A stretch of DNA of 64,000 bases from the human T2T-CHM13v2.0 reference genome, Homo sapiens. The position numbers and the translations under genes were made by a program. How positions within the stretch are numbered: position 1 is the stretch's first letter; each line of letters opens with the position of its first letter. Below the pieces are notes generated by a model that was not told the DNA's origin, did no database searches, and worked only from the letters and a program-made list of their open reading frames with translations. This document shows positions 60,406-64,000 of the stretch, piece after piece. The DNA lies in the NCBI RefSeq assembly GCF_009914755.1, contig NC_060927.1; one strand, given 5' to 3'.

Positions 60406-61530
60406 TTTGCTACTTTTACATTACAAGATAGCCATGCAGTTTTGTTGCTGACTGCTCATACAACCTCTTAAGAGTTTGTTTTGTATGGCATAGGATACAA
60501 AGATACAAAAGATATAGATACCTATATGTCTAAAAAGGTAAAGTTTTGTGCATATATAACAGGGAAATACAAAATAGAGTCCCAGAGAGACACTATATCA
60601 TACCTACTACCACAATTGGTAAAATTTAAAATGTGTAATAACATCGAATGATAGCAAAAATGTGGGGTAAAATCTGAATATTTATTTGTTGTTGACAGAG
60701 ATTCAAAATAGTGCAAGCCTTATAATGAACAGTATGGAATTTTTATTAAAATTGAATTTGGTAAACCCTCTGTGTATGCCTCTGACTTTTGATACAGCAA
60801 TCCCACTCCTGGCTATGCAAACTAGAGAATGCAATTGTTCAAAGTATTATACAATTTCTTCATCAAATTTGCAGTCTGGTAAAATTTAGTAGGACTGATT
60901 TTTGTCTTTTGGGAGACTTCCAGGAATATTCCTTTTCAAAGTTTCCAGGTGGTATTTTCTGGAAGACAGATTGTGATTTGCGTCCCTAGCATGTACAAGA
61001 AAACTGCTAACAGCTTTGTTATTTCCTGATGTTATGTTTGGATGTTTGACTTATTCTGCAGCGAAGAAGCTTCTGGATCCTGATATCAGGAGATTTTCTC
61101 TAACATTGGCATTCTATTTTACACTGACAAAAACGCTGGCTTTCTAAATTCTGCTCATGTTCTTTTAAAAATGTCTTCTTTTAACTCTACATGTAAGACG
61201 GCCTGTCCACAGTATTCAAAAAAACAGCTTGCTGTATGGGTAAAGGGTGATTTTTTAAAATGCTCGCAGAAATATCTGATAATTCCAAGCAACATGCTCA
61301 TTAATGAAGCTACATTACAGAATACTTAAAAAGAAACCCTTATGTGAGAAATTTCAAGCATTTCTCAGTAAGCCCTATGGATCCGTATAATAGTAGTATG
61401 AGCTTGGTGGCAAAATTAAGATGAAGACAAAAAGCAATGGAGTTTTATACATAACAAAGTAGAAAATAATCAGAATGCTTGCTAAATTTTATTTTTAATT
61501 TACTTCAGAAAAATTGTGCAGAGTGTAGTA

Positions 61531-62115
61531 CAGCAGTCTCTCCTTATCCATGAGGAATACCTTCCAAGGCATTCAGTGGATGCCTGAAACCTCAAATAGT
61601 TCCAAACTCTGTATAAAACATGCACAAATTACTTTTTCATTCTTCACAATTTCATGGACAGAAGATTTGTTCTTACCATAGTAAATTTTGATAACATCAG
61701 CATACGATTTTTTTATTTCCTTATGTTGAGAACTTTCACCTCTTCACTTTTAAAGGAAGCACGTTATGGCTTCTCTTTGGTATATCCAAATTGCTGGCAT
61801 CACCACTCCTGTACTTTGGGGCATTCTCAAGTAAAGTAAAGGTGACCGAACACAAGCACTGCAACACCCTGACAGTTGATCGGATAACTGAGAGGGCTAC
61901 TAAGTGACTAACGGGCAGGTCGACAGCATGGAGATGGTGAACAGAGCAATGATTGATGTTCGGCAGCTAGGGGGCAAAGAGAGGGCATGAGATCTCATCA
62001 TGCTGCTCAAAACAGCACACAACTTAAAACTTATAAGTTGCTTACTTCTGAAATTTTCCATCTAATATTTTCAGAAACCATAAAAAGCAAAATTATGGGT
62101 AAGGGAAAACTGCTG
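61531..62115. mobile_element. MER44/Tigger7-type TcMar DNA transposon
   Basis: TA then CAGCAGTCTCTCCTTATCC ... GGGTAAGGGAAAACTGCTG inverted ends; CAGTGGATGCCTGAAACC motif. Confidence 0.8.
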
Positions 62116-63212
62116 CACAACAAAAGAGCACAAAATCTGGAACCAGAAGAAAGGCCTTTCTTCAGTTTGTGCTTTTATAGCTTGGATATTGCTGATCTGA
62201 AGCCATAATAACATGTAGGAAAGAAAGCAATTATATAAGTTGATTCAGAGATTGAGATAGTACATACAAGCCAAAAATATTTAAAAATTAGAAGTACTAT
62301 AAAGACATATAAAAATTACTGTCCAAATGAGAACATGATTTCTACTTCAAAGGGGAATTTGTTAAAACATTTTCACTCTTTTTTTTATCCCCCTGGGTAC
62401 GGAGCAGTAGTAGGTCAGTGCGTGAATACATGTAGTATTCAATAATTCATAAAATTTGAAAGTCTGAATAAGTGAGCATAGCATGAAATTTACTTAATTA
62501 TGGCATGTGGTTTACATAATTCAAAAGTGAATTTTGCATTACTTACTTTAAGATATAAAAATATATGATGGAATGATGAATGGTAGAGGAAAGAATACAT
62601 ATGTAATACATGTGTTAATATCTGGGTAGTAAGCATTTGGGTGATCATTATAAAATTATTTACACTTTTCTGTATGTTTGACATTTGTTATAATAAAATG
62701 TCAAGGGAAAAGGAATAGTAGCATGTGTGAGGGTTTAAATTGCTTTTGTTCTGACTGAGATCCTGAAAGATGACTTGCCAGGAGAGAATGGCTGAGAGAA
62801 CAGGCTGCTTGACAGGGGGTGACCTTCCTTGAAGGGAGCAGGAAAATAATAATAAAAATGAATGTGTGTCTCTTGTATTCTGGGTTGCCTGGAAAAGATC
62901 ACAAGCATTCCAAGCCCTCTGTAGGTGTGTTGTGAACCATTTAAGTTTATGAGTGGGTCTGTGAAGGAATTCTTCAACATAGAATTTTTGACTCAATTCA
63001 AGGCTTTGCAATCATCAATTAATCCATATTCCATCTATTTTAAAGATTCTTTGCCCATGTAAAAGATGCACACACATTATGTTTTGTCATTTATTGCCCT
63101 CTAAATCATTCTTGCATATCACAACTGGGCTTTTTGCCAATGACATATAATTATAGTAGAAGGCTTAACTTACATTGTTTCTATAATCATAAATACAGTT
63201 ACATCTTGAAAG

Positions 63213-63243
<31 letters not shown>

Positions 63244-63244
63244 A
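63213..63244. repeat. (CA)n microsatellite
   Basis: Seen directly. Confidence 0.9.
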
Positions 63245-64000
63245 AATCTAAATATATAGAAGAATGACATGAAGATGGAAGGAGGAAAAAATAAATATTA
63301 GCTTCTACTTAGAATGTATCTAGGCAGCAAATGTCAGTTATGTTTAAATGGGTGAACAATTTAATAATTTCATTTTGGGTATTATTCAATTTAAAATTTA
63401 AACTCTGTATTGAGGTTTGTTATTCTTTCTCACCATTTTTTCTCTTCCTTTTCCCTTCAAACCATGTTTAAGTTAAATTTGTTTATCAGGCAAACTTGCC
63501 ATGGTGGTTTAAGGACCCTGGCTCCTGGACAGTGATTACTCCTTATCTCAGACTGTTTTTGAGTTTTGACACATGCCACTATATTTCTTCCTGTAAACAT
63601 CTGCCCTGGCTGCTGAGGTATTCACTACTGTTGTAACTAATCTCCTGGTACACCAATGATTTGGTTCTTTGCCCCACCCTTCCAAACTCAAGGTTAAGGT
63701 TAATTTGGCCCACTTCCATCAGAGCAGTACAAATACTCTAAAACCAATGAACCATGTGTTTCACCCCATTCTTGGCTTCAGGAGTTGACCTGACATTTAT
63801 TCTTACAGGATTACTTCACCCATCACCAAGGCTACACCATGGCAGGTGCACAGGTTTTCAATTCTGTTACCTTTTACATAAGAATATAGTATCATTCCTA
63901 TGTCACATGCAGACCTAAATGCCTGACAAATGCACCCCCCTCTGCATGAAATACAGTATTTTGTGATGTCCTTTGTTCCAGATTCATAAATGTAAAAAAG

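Overview
AT-rich, repeat-dense primate DNA, human given the L1HS-Ta diagnostics. No host protein-coding gene can be supported, and most short ORFs in the track are pieces of repeats. The main feature is a full-length young LINE-1 (L1HS, Ta-0 diagnostics) on the minus strand at about 5370-11404. It has open ORF1, ORF2 and ORF0 and an intact YY1 site. Its target-site duplication encloses about 170 bp of extra sequence with its own AATAAA and a second poly(A), which is a 3' transduction. The L1 also carries suspicious substitutions (ORF1 T203M, ORF2 P117H). Other contents: a near-complete but decayed HERV-L provirus with two MLT2A LTRs (43336-49855), solo LTRs with exact TSDs (ERV1, MER11, THE1), a rearranged old L1 composite with a twin-primed inversion and a fold-back palindrome (51310-58110), two local duplications (one anchored in inverted Alus), and Alu/MIR/L2/MER relics and microsatellites. 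I do not see a new biological system. The findings are unusual retrotransposition and rearrangement footprints. Subfamily names come from recalled consensus sequences, not from a database search.
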